From Acidobacteriota bacterium (GTDB lineage Bacteria; Acidobacteriota; UBA890; WLXD01), in assembly GCA_963666055.2 (NCBI GenBank), contig CAXWPH010000011.1, forward strand, positions 1 to 64,000: a stretch of 64,000 nucleotides of DNA, read 5' to 3'. This document shows, piece after piece, positions 19,925 to 30,303 of this stretch; position 1 is the first letter of the stretch; each line of letters opens with the position of its first letter. The notes below the pieces were generated by a model. That model searched no databases and was not told the origin of the DNA. It saw only the letters and a program-made list of their open reading frames with translations. A program made the position numbers and the translations under genes.

Positions 19925-20479
19925 ATGTACGCCCATCTCGAAACGACAGCTGCCGTTTTCTCCGGCCGGACTCGCCGGCAGCGGCCCGAATCGGATGGCC
20001 GGGCGGCTTCGGCGCCGGGAACCGTCCAGGTGGAGTTCGCCGATCACGACCTCGCGATCGACCGTCCGGCCAACTGGCACGACTCCAGGATCCGCGGCGG
20101 AGACGTTCAGGTGCATTTGGCGGGAGGCGCCAACGGCTTCCCCCATTTCACGGTGCAAAGCGATGCGGGGGCGGGGCTGCCGGCCAACGTCTCGGCCGCC
20201 GCGGAGCGCCAGATGGTGGAGGAGCTGTTCAGCGCGTTGGTGGAGTCTGTCAGTGGTACCACCGTGCTCAGCGCCGCGTGGTCGGGAATCAACGGCCGGC
20301 GCGTGCACGGCTCCATGAGCTTACGCCCGAGCGTCGCCGGACCCATCAAGGTCCGCCGCCTGCTCTTCCTGCATGCAGGGATCCCGTACGTGATCAGCTG
20401 GGGAGCTCCGGCCGATGAGTACGAGGCGATTGCCGAGCTGGTGGAGCGCTTTGCCAGCAGCCTGCGCCGCACGGACTGA
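19925..20479 (+). CDS. hypothetical protein (PsbP/DcrB-like fold possible)
   Basis: 184-aa ORF with high-GC codon bias; IDRPANW..FASSL pattern. Confidence 0.5.
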   Translation: MYAHLETTAAVFSGRTRRQRPESDGRAASAPGTVQVEFADHDLAIDRPANWHDSRIRGGDVQVHLAGGANGFPHFTVQSDAGAGLPANVSAAAERQMVEELFSALVESVSGTTVLSAAWSGINGRRVHGSMSLRPSVAGPIKVRRLLFLHAGIPYVISWGAPADEYEAIAELVERFASSLRRTD

Positions 20480-20542
20480 CCTGGCGGTTTCAACTGACCT
20501 GGCGGTTTCTGGCGCTGTCGAGCGCTTGCGCCCCCGCCTCGC

Positions 20543-22057
20543 CTACTCCCTTGGATCCTCGCCCGCTCCGGCGATAGGGTTCAGGCGCTCAACCGACGTG
20601 GTCGGTGCAGCTGCCTCCAGACGCTGTCGCCGCAACTTGCCGTTGGCGTACAGGCCAACCCCGACGATCGTCAGCACTGCCAACGTCCCGAAGACGGTGA
20701 TGTAGAAGAACGTCGGGTCGGCGACGCTCTCGCCCGGGATGAGGGCGAACACCAGCGCCGCGGCGGTTACTACGAAGCCCGTACCGCCGGCGAAGTAGGC
20801 ACCACAAGGCGCCAGCGGCGCACGCTGGACGCCCTCCGCCACCGGGTGCCGCTGCATGACGAGCAGCGCCGCGAACATGTACAGGTATGGGATGAAGTAG
20901 ACGACGATCTCGAGGCTGACGAAGATGCGATAGATCTGCTGCGCCGTGCCTCCCATGCTGCCAAGGATGATCAATGCCGCAGTGGCGACGCCGAGCGTGA
21001 TCACCGACACGTGCGGGGTGGCGTACTTCGGGTGCAGCCTTCCGAACGCGGCTGGTAGGTAGCCGTCGAGCCCGGCCGCGAACGGCACCCGCGCGCAGGT
21101 CGCCATCCAGGCGCTCACCGTTCCGAACGCCGCGAGGCAGAGGCAGAGTGCAACCAGCGAGCCCAATACGCCGCCCATCGTGGCGCCGACCAGCCTCGTT
21201 CCGCCAACTCGAGCGGTGTCGGTCAGCCCGGTCAGGCCGGTGACCTGATCCGCCGGGAGCACTGTCAGCATCGTCCAGGAGATCAGCATGTACATGCCGA
21301 GCACCAGCACGCCGGCGATGGCGAGCGCGCGGGGGACGTTGCGCTTGGGGTCCTGCACCTCTTCGCTCAACACCGATGCCGCCTCGAGGCCAGCGAACGC
21401 GTAGGCGACCGCCGCCAGCAGGATGACATCGGAGAGTCCGCCGAAGGTGGGGGTCACGGTGCGCAGCGAGAATTCGGTTGCCGAGCCGTAGTTGACCCAT
21501 GTGAGGAAGCCCAACCCCACGACCATCAGGCCGGGTACCCCGATGTTCAGATATCCGCTGACATTGTGGAGACGTTTGGCGACGTCGAGACCGAGAACGT
21601 TGACCACGACGACGATGGTGACCCCGACCAGCGAGGCCGCCAACAGGTACCCCGGACGCTCGGCGAGATACGACCAACGCGGGATGATGAACGCCGCGTT
21701 GGTGGCAGAGAACATCAGCGCGGCGGGGAAGTAGACGAGGATAGTGACCCAGTAGAACCACGCCGTGATGAAGCCATGGAAGTCGCCGAAGGCGCGCTGT
21801 ACCCAGATGTAGATGCCGCCCTCATGTGGGTGCCGAGCGGTGAGCTCGACCGACGCGAACGCCTGCGGAACATAGAAGAGGACGAAGCCCAGCACCCAGA
21901 GCACCAGCACACTCGGGCCGTTTTCGGTCGATATCGCCACGACGCGCATGGAAGCGGTGCAGGCGATATAGAAGAGCACCAGGTCGCGGGGCCCCATGAC
22001 CTTCTTGAGCTTGCTCTTCTCGGCGCGCGCCTGCGCGGCGATCGTTTGCTCGGTCAC
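20543..22057 (-). CDS. APC-family amino acid/polyamine permease
   Basis: PHEGGIYIWVQRAFG, AFAGLE and LPAAFGRLHPKYATP; about 12 TM segments. Confidence 0.92.
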   Translation of the reverse strand: MTEQTIAAQARAEKSKLKKVMGPRDLVLFYIACTASMRVVAISTENGPSVLVLWVLGFVLFYVPQAFASVELTARHPHEGGIYIWVQRAFGDFHGFITAWFYWVTILVYFPAALMFSATNAAFIIPRWSYLAERPGYLLAASLVGVTIVVVVNVLGLDVAKRLHNVSGYLNIGVPGLMVVGLGFLTWVNYGSATEFSLRTVTPTFGGLSDVILLAAVAYAFAGLEAASVLSEEVQDPKRNVPRALAIAGVLVLGMYMLISWTMLTVLPADQVTGLTGLTDTARVGGTRLVGATMGGVLGSLVALCLCLAAFGTVSAWMATCARVPFAAGLDGYLPAAFGRLHPKYATPHVSVITLGVATAALIILGSMGGTAQQIYRIFVSLEIVVYFIPYLYMFAALLVMQRHPVAEGVQRAPLAPCGAYFAGGTGFVVTAAALVFALIPGESVADPTFFYITVFGTLAVLTIVGVGLYANGKLRRQRLEAAAPTTSVERLNPIAGAGEDPRE

Positions 22058-22341
22058 CCGGCACTCTCGCGGCCGACCAACTTCTCGTCGATATAGTGCG
22101 CGGTGGCCTCGGGGCCGTTGAGGTATCCGACCATTAGCCTGCTGCCAAGTCGGCGCGTAGTGTCGTCGCCCTCTCTTCTGGATCTCGCCCCTGGACTACT
22201 CTACGATGTTTTTCTGCGCTCCACATTGAGCAGCAGGGTGGCTGCGGCAGGCGGTCGTTGTTTGCCGCCAAGTCGGTCATGCCCCGGCTTTGGTTTCCTG
22301 CTCGAATCCCCTCGTCCCGTCAGAGTCTTCTGGAGTGAACC

Positions 22342-23802
22342 ATGTTCAGATCTAGCTTCGCGACGCTGAAGATGTCGGTCGTAGTACTGCTGACACTCCC
22401 ACTCACCGTGGCGTCTGTGAATGCACAGAGCCCGAACCCCGGGGACGACCCTGACGTCCAGGGAGCGATCAGATTGTTCTCCGCCTGGATGGATGGTCAG
22501 GTCAGGTGGCGTGAGCTTCCGGGCGTGGCAGTGGGTGTGGTCGCAGACCAGGAGCTGGTGTGGGCTCAGGGATTCGGCTTTGCTGACATCGCCACCGAAC
22601 GGCCCATGACGCCCGATACCAAGTTCCGCATGGCGTCGCACAGCAAGCTGTTTACCGCCACCGCGATCATGCAGCTGCGCGAGCAGGGCAAGCTCCAGCT
22701 CGACGATCCGGTGTCGAAGTATCTACCGTGGTTCCAGGTCAAGTCGGCGCAGCCGGATGATCCACCGATCACCATCGAACAGTTGCTGACCCACGGCTCG
22801 GGACTCCAACGTGAGGCAGGCCCCCACTGGACCACAAGAGAATTCCCCACCCGGGAAGAGCTCAAGGGGCTGATTCCCGAGCGACAGGCGGTCTTCTCTC
22901 CCGAAGTACGCTTCAAGTACTCCAACCTGGCGTTCTCGATTGCCGGAATGGTGGTGGAAGCGGTGAGCGGCCGGACGTGGGCCGACTACCTGCAGGCCAA
23001 CATCTTCGATCCGCTCGCAATGACCTCCTCCAGCGTCGACCTCGCGGTCGAGGGGTTGGCCACCGGCTACACCATGCGGTTGCTCGACGGGTCGAGGGAA
23101 ACGATCGGGTTCGTAGACGCCCGCGGTATGGCGGCGGCGACCGGACTCACCTCGACCGTCGAGGACATGGCGGAGTTCGTGTCGGCGCAGTTTCGAAAGG
23201 GCCAAAGGGGCGGTGAACGGATCCTCAGCACCGCGTCGCTTCGGGAGATGCATCGGGTCCGGTTCCTGGAGAACGACTGGACCAACGGACGCGGCATTGC
23301 GTTCTCGGTCCAGAGAGTGGACGGCACGTTGTATGTCGGTCACGGGGGCGGGTATCCGGGGTACACGACAAACACCAAGATCCAGCTCGACTCGAAGGTG
23401 GGCGTGATCGTGCTCACCAATACGAACGACTCGAACCCGAGCCAGATCGCCGAGCAGCTCATGAACACGGTGGGCTCCGCGGTTGCCCAAGCCATCAAGG
23501 TCGAGCCCGATGAGGTTGCCTGGGACCCGTCCTGGGCCCGGTTTGCGGGTCTGTATCGGAGGCCGGGAAGAGGCAGCGAATCACAGGTGGTGCTGTTGAA
23601 CGAGCGCCTCGTGATCATGAGTCCGAGGGCGCGGAGCGTCGACAGTCCGATCCGACTCGAGGCGCTCGGCGACGGTGTCTTCCGCTATACCGCTCCGAGA
23701 GGCGGCGGCGTCGTCGGCGAGGAGGTTCGCTTCCTCGAAGAGAACGGCGAAGTCATTCGGATGTTCGTGGGGGACTCGTTCATGGACCGCGTGCGGGACT
23801 AG
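22342..23802 (+). CDS. secreted serine hydrolase (beta-lactamase class C family)
   Basis: ASHSK (SxxK), YSN, LLTHGSGL and HGGG; signal peptide. Confidence 0.93.
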   Translation: MFRSSFATLKMSVVVLLTLPLTVASVNAQSPNPGDDPDVQGAIRLFSAWMDGQVRWRELPGVAVGVVADQELVWAQGFGFADIATERPMTPDTKFRMASHSKLFTATAIMQLREQGKLQLDDPVSKYLPWFQVKSAQPDDPPITIEQLLTHGSGLQREAGPHWTTREFPTREELKGLIPERQAVFSPEVRFKYSNLAFSIAGMVVEAVSGRTWADYLQANIFDPLAMTSSSVDLAVEGLATGYTMRLLDGSRETIGFVDARGMAAATGLTSTVEDMAEFVSAQFRKGQRGGERILSTASLREMHRVRFLENDWTNGRGIAFSVQRVDGTLYVGHGGGYPGYTTNTKIQLDSKVGVIVLTNTNDSNPSQIAEQLMNTVGSAVAQAIKVEPDEVAWDPSWARFAGLYRRPGRGSESQVVLLNERLVIMSPRARSVDSPIRLEALGDGVFRYTAPRGGGVVGEEVRFLEENGEVIRMFVGDSFMDRVRD

Positions 23803-23898
23803 TGGCCTGTAGGACGAACCTGTGCTGCCCGATCAAGAGGCGGCGGCCCGCCGGCCGGTATCTCTTCGTCTAGCAGGCCGTGCTGAAGAGGATCGACG

Positions 23899-25263
23899 AT
23901 GAGTGACGACGTCCAGGAGTACATCGGAGATGGGCTGCAGCGCTTTACAGACGAGATCTTCGAATTCCTACGGATCCCCTCGGTAAGCGCCAAGTCGGAC
24001 CACAACGCCGACACCCGCCGTGCAGCCGAGTGGCTACAGGCGAAGCTGGTTGACGCGGGACTCGAGGCCGAGGTCATCAATACGCCCGGTCATCCCATCG
24101 TGTTGGGAGAATGGCGAGGGGCCGGTGAAGATGCCCCTACGATCCTCGTTTACGGTCACTACGACGTGCAGCCTGCCGAACCTTTGGAGCTCTGGGATTC
24201 TCCACCTTTCGAACCGGAGTTCCGGGAGGGTCGTCTCTACGCCCGTGGCTCCGCCGACGACAAGGGGCAGCTCTACCTTCACGTGAAGGCAGCCGAAGCG
24301 CATCTGAAGGCCGGCGGCGGGCTACCGGTGAATCTCATCATCTTGGCTGAGGGTGAGGAGGAGGTGGGCTCGCAAAACCTGGTGCCCTTCGTCGAGGCGA
24401 ACAGCGGCCGGTTGGCGTGCGACGGCGTCGTCATCTCAGATACCGCCATGTTCGCACCGGGGCTGCCGTGTCTCCTCTTTTCGCTACGCGGCCTCGCCTA
24501 CTGTGAGATCCACGTGGACGGCCCATCCAGCGATCTGCATTCGGGCAGCTACGGCGGGGCGGTGGTCAACCCCGCCATGGCCCTCTCGCAGATCCTGGCC
24601 ACTCTGTTCGATGACGACGGCCGCATTGCCATCGATGGCTTCTACGATAACGTCCTCGATTGGGACGACGAAACGCGGGCTGGCATCCGCAGCCTGCCCT
24701 TCGACGAAGGGGAGTTCGCGGCGTCGGTCGGAGCTACTCCCGCCGCCGGCGAGAAGGCGTATTCGGTCCTCGAGAGGCTCTGGACCCGGCCAGCCTGCGA
24801 CGTCAACGGGATCCTTTCGGGCTACACCGGCGAAGGCGCCAAGACCGTGCTTCCAGGAAAGGCCATGGCCAAAGTGAGCTTCCGCCTGGTAGCGGACCAG
24901 GATCCCGAGCGCGTCTACGAGCTGGTGCGAGCGCATGTCGCCAAGGTCGCCCCTGCGGGCGTCACGGTTCGGGTCGAGGAGCTCCACGGTGGCATGCCCT
25001 GGCGAGCCCACCTCAGCGGCAAGCTCGAGAAGGCTGCGACGGCAGCCTTGATGAAAGCCTTCGGTGCGGCACCCGTGCTGGCCGGCGAGGGCGGAAGCAT
25101 ACCCATCGTCAGTGAGTTCGAACGGGTTTTAGGCGCGCCCGCGCTGCTCGTCGGCTTTTCCCTACCAGGGGCGAATGAGCATGCGCCGAACGAGTGGTTC
25201 CCCCAGGAGAACATCGAGAAGGGTATCCGCGCCCTGGCCTATCTCTACGAGGAGCTCTGCTAG
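23899..25263 (+). CDS. M20 family dipeptidase
   Basis: YGHYDVQP, ARGSADDKGQ, EGEEEVGS, DLHSG and HAPNE. Confidence 0.95.
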   Translation: MSDDVQEYIGDGLQRFTDEIFEFLRIPSVSAKSDHNADTRRAAEWLQAKLVDAGLEAEVINTPGHPIVLGEWRGAGEDAPTILVYGHYDVQPAEPLELWDSPPFEPEFREGRLYARGSADDKGQLYLHVKAAEAHLKAGGGLPVNLIILAEGEEEVGSQNLVPFVEANSGRLACDGVVISDTAMFAPGLPCLLFSLRGLAYCEIHVDGPSSDLHSGSYGGAVVNPAMALSQILATLFDDDGRIAIDGFYDNVLDWDDETRAGIRSLPFDEGEFAASVGATPAAGEKAYSVLERLWTRPACDVNGILSGYTGEGAKTVLPGKAMAKVSFRLVADQDPERVYELVRAHVAKVAPAGVTVRVEELHGGMPWRAHLSGKLEKAATAALMKAFGAAPVLAGEGGSIPIVSEFERVLGAPALLVGFSLPGANEHAPNEWFPQENIEKGIRALAYLYEELC

Positions 25264-25434
25264 CGGCCGTGGTGGAGATCGGTCTCAGCCTGCTGGCGGT
25301 CGGTCAGAGCAGCTCCGAGGCCCACCCACGACTGGCTCTTCCCGCTGGCGAGGAAGCGTTACAGGGCCGATCCATGGCGGGCAGGATTTATTGATGATTA
25401 CAGCAACAGCTAGCACCACGCAGAGGAGGCGACT

Positions 25435-26421
25435 GTGAAGCTCTCAATCCAAGAACTGAGAGACCTGTCCCAGCAAGCAATTCTCAAGTATGGCTACTCG
25501 GAAGACGACACCCGCATCATATTAGACATGCTTATGTATGCTCAACTGAGAGGCAATGATCAAGGCATCGTCAAGTTGATTGGCGAAGGAATGCCGAAAC
25601 ATGACAAGGCACGACCACCAACTATCGAAACTGAAACTCCAGCTACGGCCATAATCAATGCCAACTATTCCATGGAGGCTATCGCCATGGAACAAGCCGT
25701 AGCGATGGTTATAGCCAAAGCCAAAGACATGGGTATAGCAATAGTAGGGACACATACGGGCCATGGGTCCTCCGGCGCCATCGGTTACTGGTCACGAAAG
25801 ATTGCGGACGCAGGTTTAGTTGGTATTACCATGTCTAGTTACCCTTACGCGATGGTACCTCCTAGTGGCTCTTATGAGCCCTTGTTTTGTACCAATCCAA
25901 TAGCTTGGGGTATTCCTACTGAACATGAACCTATTGTCTTAGACATGTCATCATCAGGCATCTCCTTTTTTGGTCTGCTAGAGGCGAAAACACAAGGAGC
26001 CCAAGTAGCTGAAGGGCTTGGCTATGACAAAGCCGGGAACGAGACAACAAATCCTGCTGAAATAATGGAAGGGGCGATAAGACCGTTTGATAAAGGATTC
26101 AAGGGCGCCGGGCTTGCCTTGGTGGTTCAGATCATAGGAGGTGCGTTGGTAGGTGGGGATTTCCTCAATAAAAGCGACAATGATGGAAACGTCGTAATCG
26201 CAATTAACCCCGACGCCATGATTGGAATGCAGCGCTTTATAGAAGAAACGACCAAAATGACCAAGGCAATAAAGCAAGCAAAGAGACTCGAAGGAGTCGA
26301 GGAAGTCATGATTCCAGGGGAGCGCGGCGACAAGATCAGATCACGGAGACTTGACAGTGATGAAATCGAAGTAGAAGACAACTTATTGAATAGCTTGAGA
26401 AGTTTCGTGGAAGGCAACTGA
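25435..26421 (+). CDS. Ldh_2 (type-2 malate/L-lactate dehydrogenase-like) oxidoreductase, AT-richer than flanks
   Basis: TNPIAWGIP, VLDMSSS, KGAGL and IPGERG; GAGGAGG RBS. Confidence 0.9.
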   Translation: MKLSIQELRDLSQQAILKYGYSEDDTRIILDMLMYAQLRGNDQGIVKLIGEGMPKHDKARPPTIETETPATAIINANYSMEAIAMEQAVAMVIAKAKDMGIAIVGTHTGHGSSGAIGYWSRKIADAGLVGITMSSYPYAMVPPSGSYEPLFCTNPIAWGIPTEHEPIVLDMSSSGISFFGLLEAKTQGAQVAEGLGYDKAGNETTNPAEIMEGAIRPFDKGFKGAGLALVVQIIGGALVGGDFLNKSDNDGNVVIAINPDAMIGMQRFIEETTKMTKAIKQAKRLEGVEEVMIPGERGDKIRSRRLDSDEIEVEDNLLNSLRSFVEGN

Positions 26422-26582
26422 ACGCCCCACGTCCGTGAGCCCAAACTGTCTCCCCTGTTTCCATCCCAGGTCGACGACAAACTCGATGAGCTGAAGGAGT
26501 TCGGAGCGAGAATCATCAGACACGGAGGGGAACGACCTGGATTTCACCAACAAGCGGGTTCCGGTTACGGGCGGCAGCGGGG

Positions 26583-26610
26583 GGCACTGTCAAGTTAACT
26601 TGACAATGCC
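26583..26610. terminator. palindrome between convergent genes
   Basis: GGCAC-TGTCAAGTTAACTTGACA-ATGCC; perfect 18-bp core at 26588-26605. Confidence 0.45.
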
Positions 26611-26633
26611 TGCCCCCTCCCTCGACGCGCCGC

Positions 26634-27745
26634 TCAGTGGGGCTGCAACACCCAGTTGTTGCTCGTTGGCAACCGCGGGGCACCGGAGGCAATCACCGCC
26701 GGCTCGTCACTATCCAGAATGTAGAGCATCCAGTTACCGCCGGCAGCATGACGCAAGAGCACATCGGCCTTATCGTCGCCGTTGAAATCGACGACTGAGG
26801 CGATCTTGAATCCAGTGTCGGGGCTCATCTCAAGGCTCCCTTCGCTCAGGATCTTGTGTCCATCGAGTGAATATACGTACCAACTCCCATCGGCGTGGCG
26901 GAGCGACGCGTCGGCCTTGCCGTCGCCGTTGAAGTCGGCGTGGGACTCGAGCGTGTAGTCCGTATCCGTCGACATACGGGGCGCAGTCTTCTTGCGGACG
27001 CGTGCACCGTCGAGTAGATAAAGCAACCAGCTGCCCTTCCTGTCGCGCATCAGCACGTCGGTGAAGTCGTCGCCGTCGAAGTCAGCAATGGCCTGGACCG
27101 TGTACCTGGAACTCCTGACGATCTTTGGCTCGGCGGACTGGTAGCCGTCTGATGTGTTGCTTGCGTTCAGCAGCCACGTGCCGTCGGCTCGCTGCAGGAG
27201 GAAGTCCGCGCGGTCGTCGGCATTGAAGTCGGCCGTGCTCACAAGCCTGTCGGTTGGGTGTGTGCCGAGCGAGAGGCGCAGCTCTGACATCACTGTCTGT
27301 CCAGCAAGTCGATAGAGCAGCCAGCTGCCGTCGACCGAATTGCGCAGCAGCACGTCTGCATTGCCGTCGCGGTTGAAGTCGGCGGTCGAGACGACCTCGA
27401 ACTCGGGGTCGGTGGTTAGATCAACGGCACCCTTCGAGGTGATCTTCTTCCCTACCAGGGTCGCCAGGAGCCAGCCGCCGGCCACAGCGGATCCGCTCGC
27501 CTGCTGTGGGAGTGCTCTGCTCGTATCGCGAAGTAGAAGGTCCGGCTCGAGGTCGCCGTCGAAGTCACTTCGGGAGACGACTTCGAAAGCTGCGTTCCGG
27601 GTTGGGCCGACCGGGCCCTTCTGCGTCATTTTCACTGCACCGCCCTCGAATCGGAGCCGGTACGATCGCCAACGGCGGGTGCGAGCGTTCCGCAGTAGGA
27701 CGGGCTTGATCGTTTCGTGGACAGGTGGCGCTGGATGCCTGAGTG
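26634..27745 (-). pseudogene. FG-GAP/VCBS-repeat protein, C-terminal remnant
   Basis: Repeated (A)DFNGDGxADVLLR..GSW units; the 5' end runs into the DUF2182 gene with no own start. Confidence 0.75.
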
Positions 27746-27751
27746 TCCCTC

Positions 27752-28588
27752 TCAGAAAGCGAGCGCCAGCATCGCGGCACCCCAGACGAGCAAAGCGCCG
27801 CCGATCGCGTAGCCGAGCCAGTGGCCGGCGGGGAAGGTCTTTTCGAACAGGACGAGCAGGGCGAGGCCCGCGATCCAGTAGAGATTCATCACGCCGCCGA
27901 AGAACAGGAGCCCCATCAGGAACCAACAGCAACCGACGCAGAAAGCGCCGTGTACGAGGCCCATCCGTAGCGCGCCACGGGCGCCCCGTCGCCAATGGGT
28001 GCTAAGGAATTCGAGCGGCGATCTGCAGTGGCGAAGACAGGCATGCTTGATCGCGCTGAACTGATAGGCGCCCGCGACGAGCAGCAAGACGCCGCCAAAG
28101 ATCACGTTGGTCCCCACGAGCGTCGATGAAAGGATACCGGTCCGCGCGAACCCCCACTGCAGGGTCGCCACGACCAGGCTGAAGCCAGCCCAAGCGGCGA
28201 GATAGCCGACCGCGAATATGCTCGTCGCGACGTGTGGATGGCCGGTTTCGTGCTGCTTGCGATTGACCGTCGCGAACAAGAGGATCATCGGCGCGGCGCT
28301 GGGCAGCATCATCGCCACCATCATGACCCACCACATGAGGAACATCAGGACTGCGTAGCCGGGCGTCCAGACCACGGGCGTCATCATCGGCATGCCGACC
28401 ATGCCCTCTTCGGACATTCCCCCCGCCATCCCGAGCCGTGACATGCGGGTCATCTCGAACGCCGACATACCCATGCCGGCACCGGCCAGCAGATACGCCC
28501 ACGACAGGGCGACAACCGCAGTAAGCGCGGTGACGACGACCAGGCGATCGCGCCGGACCACTGCCTCGAGTGTGACGTCGACCGGCAA
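27752..28588 (-). CDS. DUF2182 predicted metal-binding membrane protein
   Basis: MWWVMMVAMMLPS, KHACLRHCRSP and CVGCCWFLM; start approximate. Confidence 0.9.
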   Translation of the reverse strand: MPVDVTLEAVVRRDRLVVVTALTAVVALSWAYLLAGAGMGMSAFEMTRMSRLGMAGGMSEEGMVGMPMMTPVVWTPGYAVLMFLMWWVMMVAMMLPSAAPMILLFATVNRKQHETGHPHVATSIFAVGYLAAWAGFSLVVATLQWGFARTGILSSTLVGTNVIFGGVLLLVAGAYQFSAIKHACLRHCRSPLEFLSTHWRRGARGALRMGLVHGAFCVGCCWFLMGLLFFGGVMNLYWIAGLALLVLFEKTFPAGHWLGYAIGGALLVWGAAMLALAF

Positions 28589-28590
28589 TG

Positions 28591-29262
28591 TCACCACGCG
28601 TCTAGCCACGCGGTGAGCCTTGATCTTTCGCCGACCAGCCCATCCTGATTGAAGTGGTGAACACAATAATGGGCCCATGAATCTTCGAACGCCATCTCCA
28701 TATCACCTGTCACCGAGGTCGTACCTAGTCCGATTTCTGCATAGGTAAACTCGAAGCTGCCACTAGGTCGTGCCAGCGCAACGTGGAACGGTTGGCCATT
28801 AAACTCGTTGATTATCGGCGTGCCTCTGCTCCTCATGATGCCCGGTATGTCAACGCTTGCGGTTCTGAGCTCCAAGTTCGCTTCGAGACCAATCGGCAGG
28901 AACAAAGTCTCGCAGAACTCCGAGCATGTGGACGCGAATACGGAGAACATGTTGCTTAGCGGTTTACATGCTTCGCCCGAGATGATCGTTTCAAGCGCGA
29001 CCCGTTGAGCCTCATCCGCGCGTTCGTCGATAACAATCTGGCGTTTGCCATTCCCCTCCGCGATTTCGCCAGGCCACTTGTACAGCCCCGCCCAATTCAG
29101 ACCCGCGAGCGACTTAGCGTTGAAATGACCGTCAACGACGCTGCCGACAAAGGCCGACTGACAATAGCCATGGGTGCTCGGTAGGTTGAACTGGCAACCA
29201 CAATTCACGGCGCAATTGCAGTTGTCGTAGGTTTCGCTCTTGAATAGCCATTGATCATCCAT
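28591..29262 (-). CDS. DUF1326 protein (copy 2)
   Basis: NCNCAVNCGC..THGYC and IDERADEAQRVALETI. Confidence 0.9.
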   Translation of the reverse strand: MDDQWLFKSETYDNCNCAVNCGCQFNLPSTHGYCQSAFVGSVVDGHFNAKSLAGLNWAGLYKWPGEIAEGNGKRQIVIDERADEAQRVALETIISGEACKPLSNMFSVFASTCSEFCETLFLPIGLEANLELRTASVDIPGIMRSRGTPIINEFNGQPFHVALARPSGSFEFTYAEIGLGTTSVTGDMEMAFEDSWAHYCVHHFNQDGLVGERSRLTAWLDAW

Positions 29263-29302
29263 CTCGCCGATCCTCCCCTACTCTGTTATCTGACTGGAGA
29301 TT

Positions 29303-29365
29303 TCCCATCCCGCCCGCACCGAGCGGCTCAAGGATCTCGTAATGACCGAGTGTCTTGCCGACCAT
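29303..29365 (-). pseudogene. N-terminal remnant of a Hanks-type Ser/Thr kinase
   Basis: MVGKTLGHYEILEPLGAGGMG (Gly-rich loop); similarity stops abruptly. Confidence 0.7.
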
Positions 29366-29479
29366 GGATCGAGCCCGCGTCTGAGGATGAGAAGCGGATC
29401 GAACTTATCCGCGGGCCATTCGGGGAAACAACGTAACATCAGGCTTGACGGGCACACCGCGTCGCCAGGCGGCCGGTGA

Positions 29480-30121
29480 TCACTTGCCACGGGTCAAGCC
29501 ATCCTGGTTGTAGTGGTGGACACAAAATAGCGCCCATGAATCTTCGAACGCCATCTCCAGGTCACCGGTCACCGAGGTCGTGCCGCGTCCGATTTCGCCG
29601 TAGGTAAACTCGAAGCTGCCGGTCGGGCGTGCGATTGCGATGTGGAATGGTTCACCATTGAACTCGTTGATGATCGGTCTGCCGGCACTCTTCACGACAC
29701 CCGGAATGTCGACCTTCGCGGTTCTGAGCTCGAGGTTCACCTCGAGATCGATCGGCAGGAATAGTGTCTCGAAAAACTCCGAGCATAAGGAACCGAAAAC
29801 GGAGAAATGATTGCTGAGGGGCTCGCATGCCTCGCCCGAGATGATCGTTTCGAGAGCAAGCCGTTGAGCCTCGTCCGCGCGCTCGTCGATCACGATCTGG
29901 CGCTTGGCGTTTCCCTCCGCAATCTCACCGGGGAATATGCAAAGCATCGCCCAATTCAGGCCCGCGAGCGGCGTGTCGTTGAAATGACCGTCAACGATGG
30001 TGCCGACGTAGGCGAAATGACAATTGCCATGTGTCGTGGGCTCGTTGAATTGACAACCGCAGCTCACGGAACAATTGCAGTTGTCGTAGGTGTGGCTCTT
30101 GAATTCCCACCGGTCAGACAT
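29480..30121 (-). CDS. DUF1326 protein (copy 1)
   Basis: NCNCSVSCGC..THGNC; clearly paralogous to copy 2; GGGAGG RBS. Confidence 0.9.
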   Translation of the reverse strand: MSDRWEFKSHTYDNCNCSVSCGCQFNEPTTHGNCHFAYVGTIVDGHFNDTPLAGLNWAMLCIFPGEIAEGNAKRQIVIDERADEAQRLALETIISGEACEPLSNHFSVFGSLCSEFFETLFLPIDLEVNLELRTAKVDIPGVVKSAGRPIINEFNGEPFHIAIARPTGSFEFTYGEIGRGTTSVTGDLEMAFEDSWALFCVHHYNQDGLTRGK

Positions 30122-30303
30122 GTTGGCAATCCTCCCAGGGCCGGCACTGCGATTTAGCGCCGAAACCGCACCCACGTCGTGATGCGTCTTTGCGAGACCT
30201 CGGTCCCCGGCGGGAATCTATCCGTTGCTCAGAGAGGGAACAACGGGAGCGCGGCATTGACGGGCAGGATTCGTCGGCACAATTCAGGCACAATCGCCCA
30301 AAG

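Noticed and set aside
20475-20509. Tandem repeat ACTGACCTGGCGGTTTC x2
   Set aside because: Only two copies at a gene end; simple slippage duplication.
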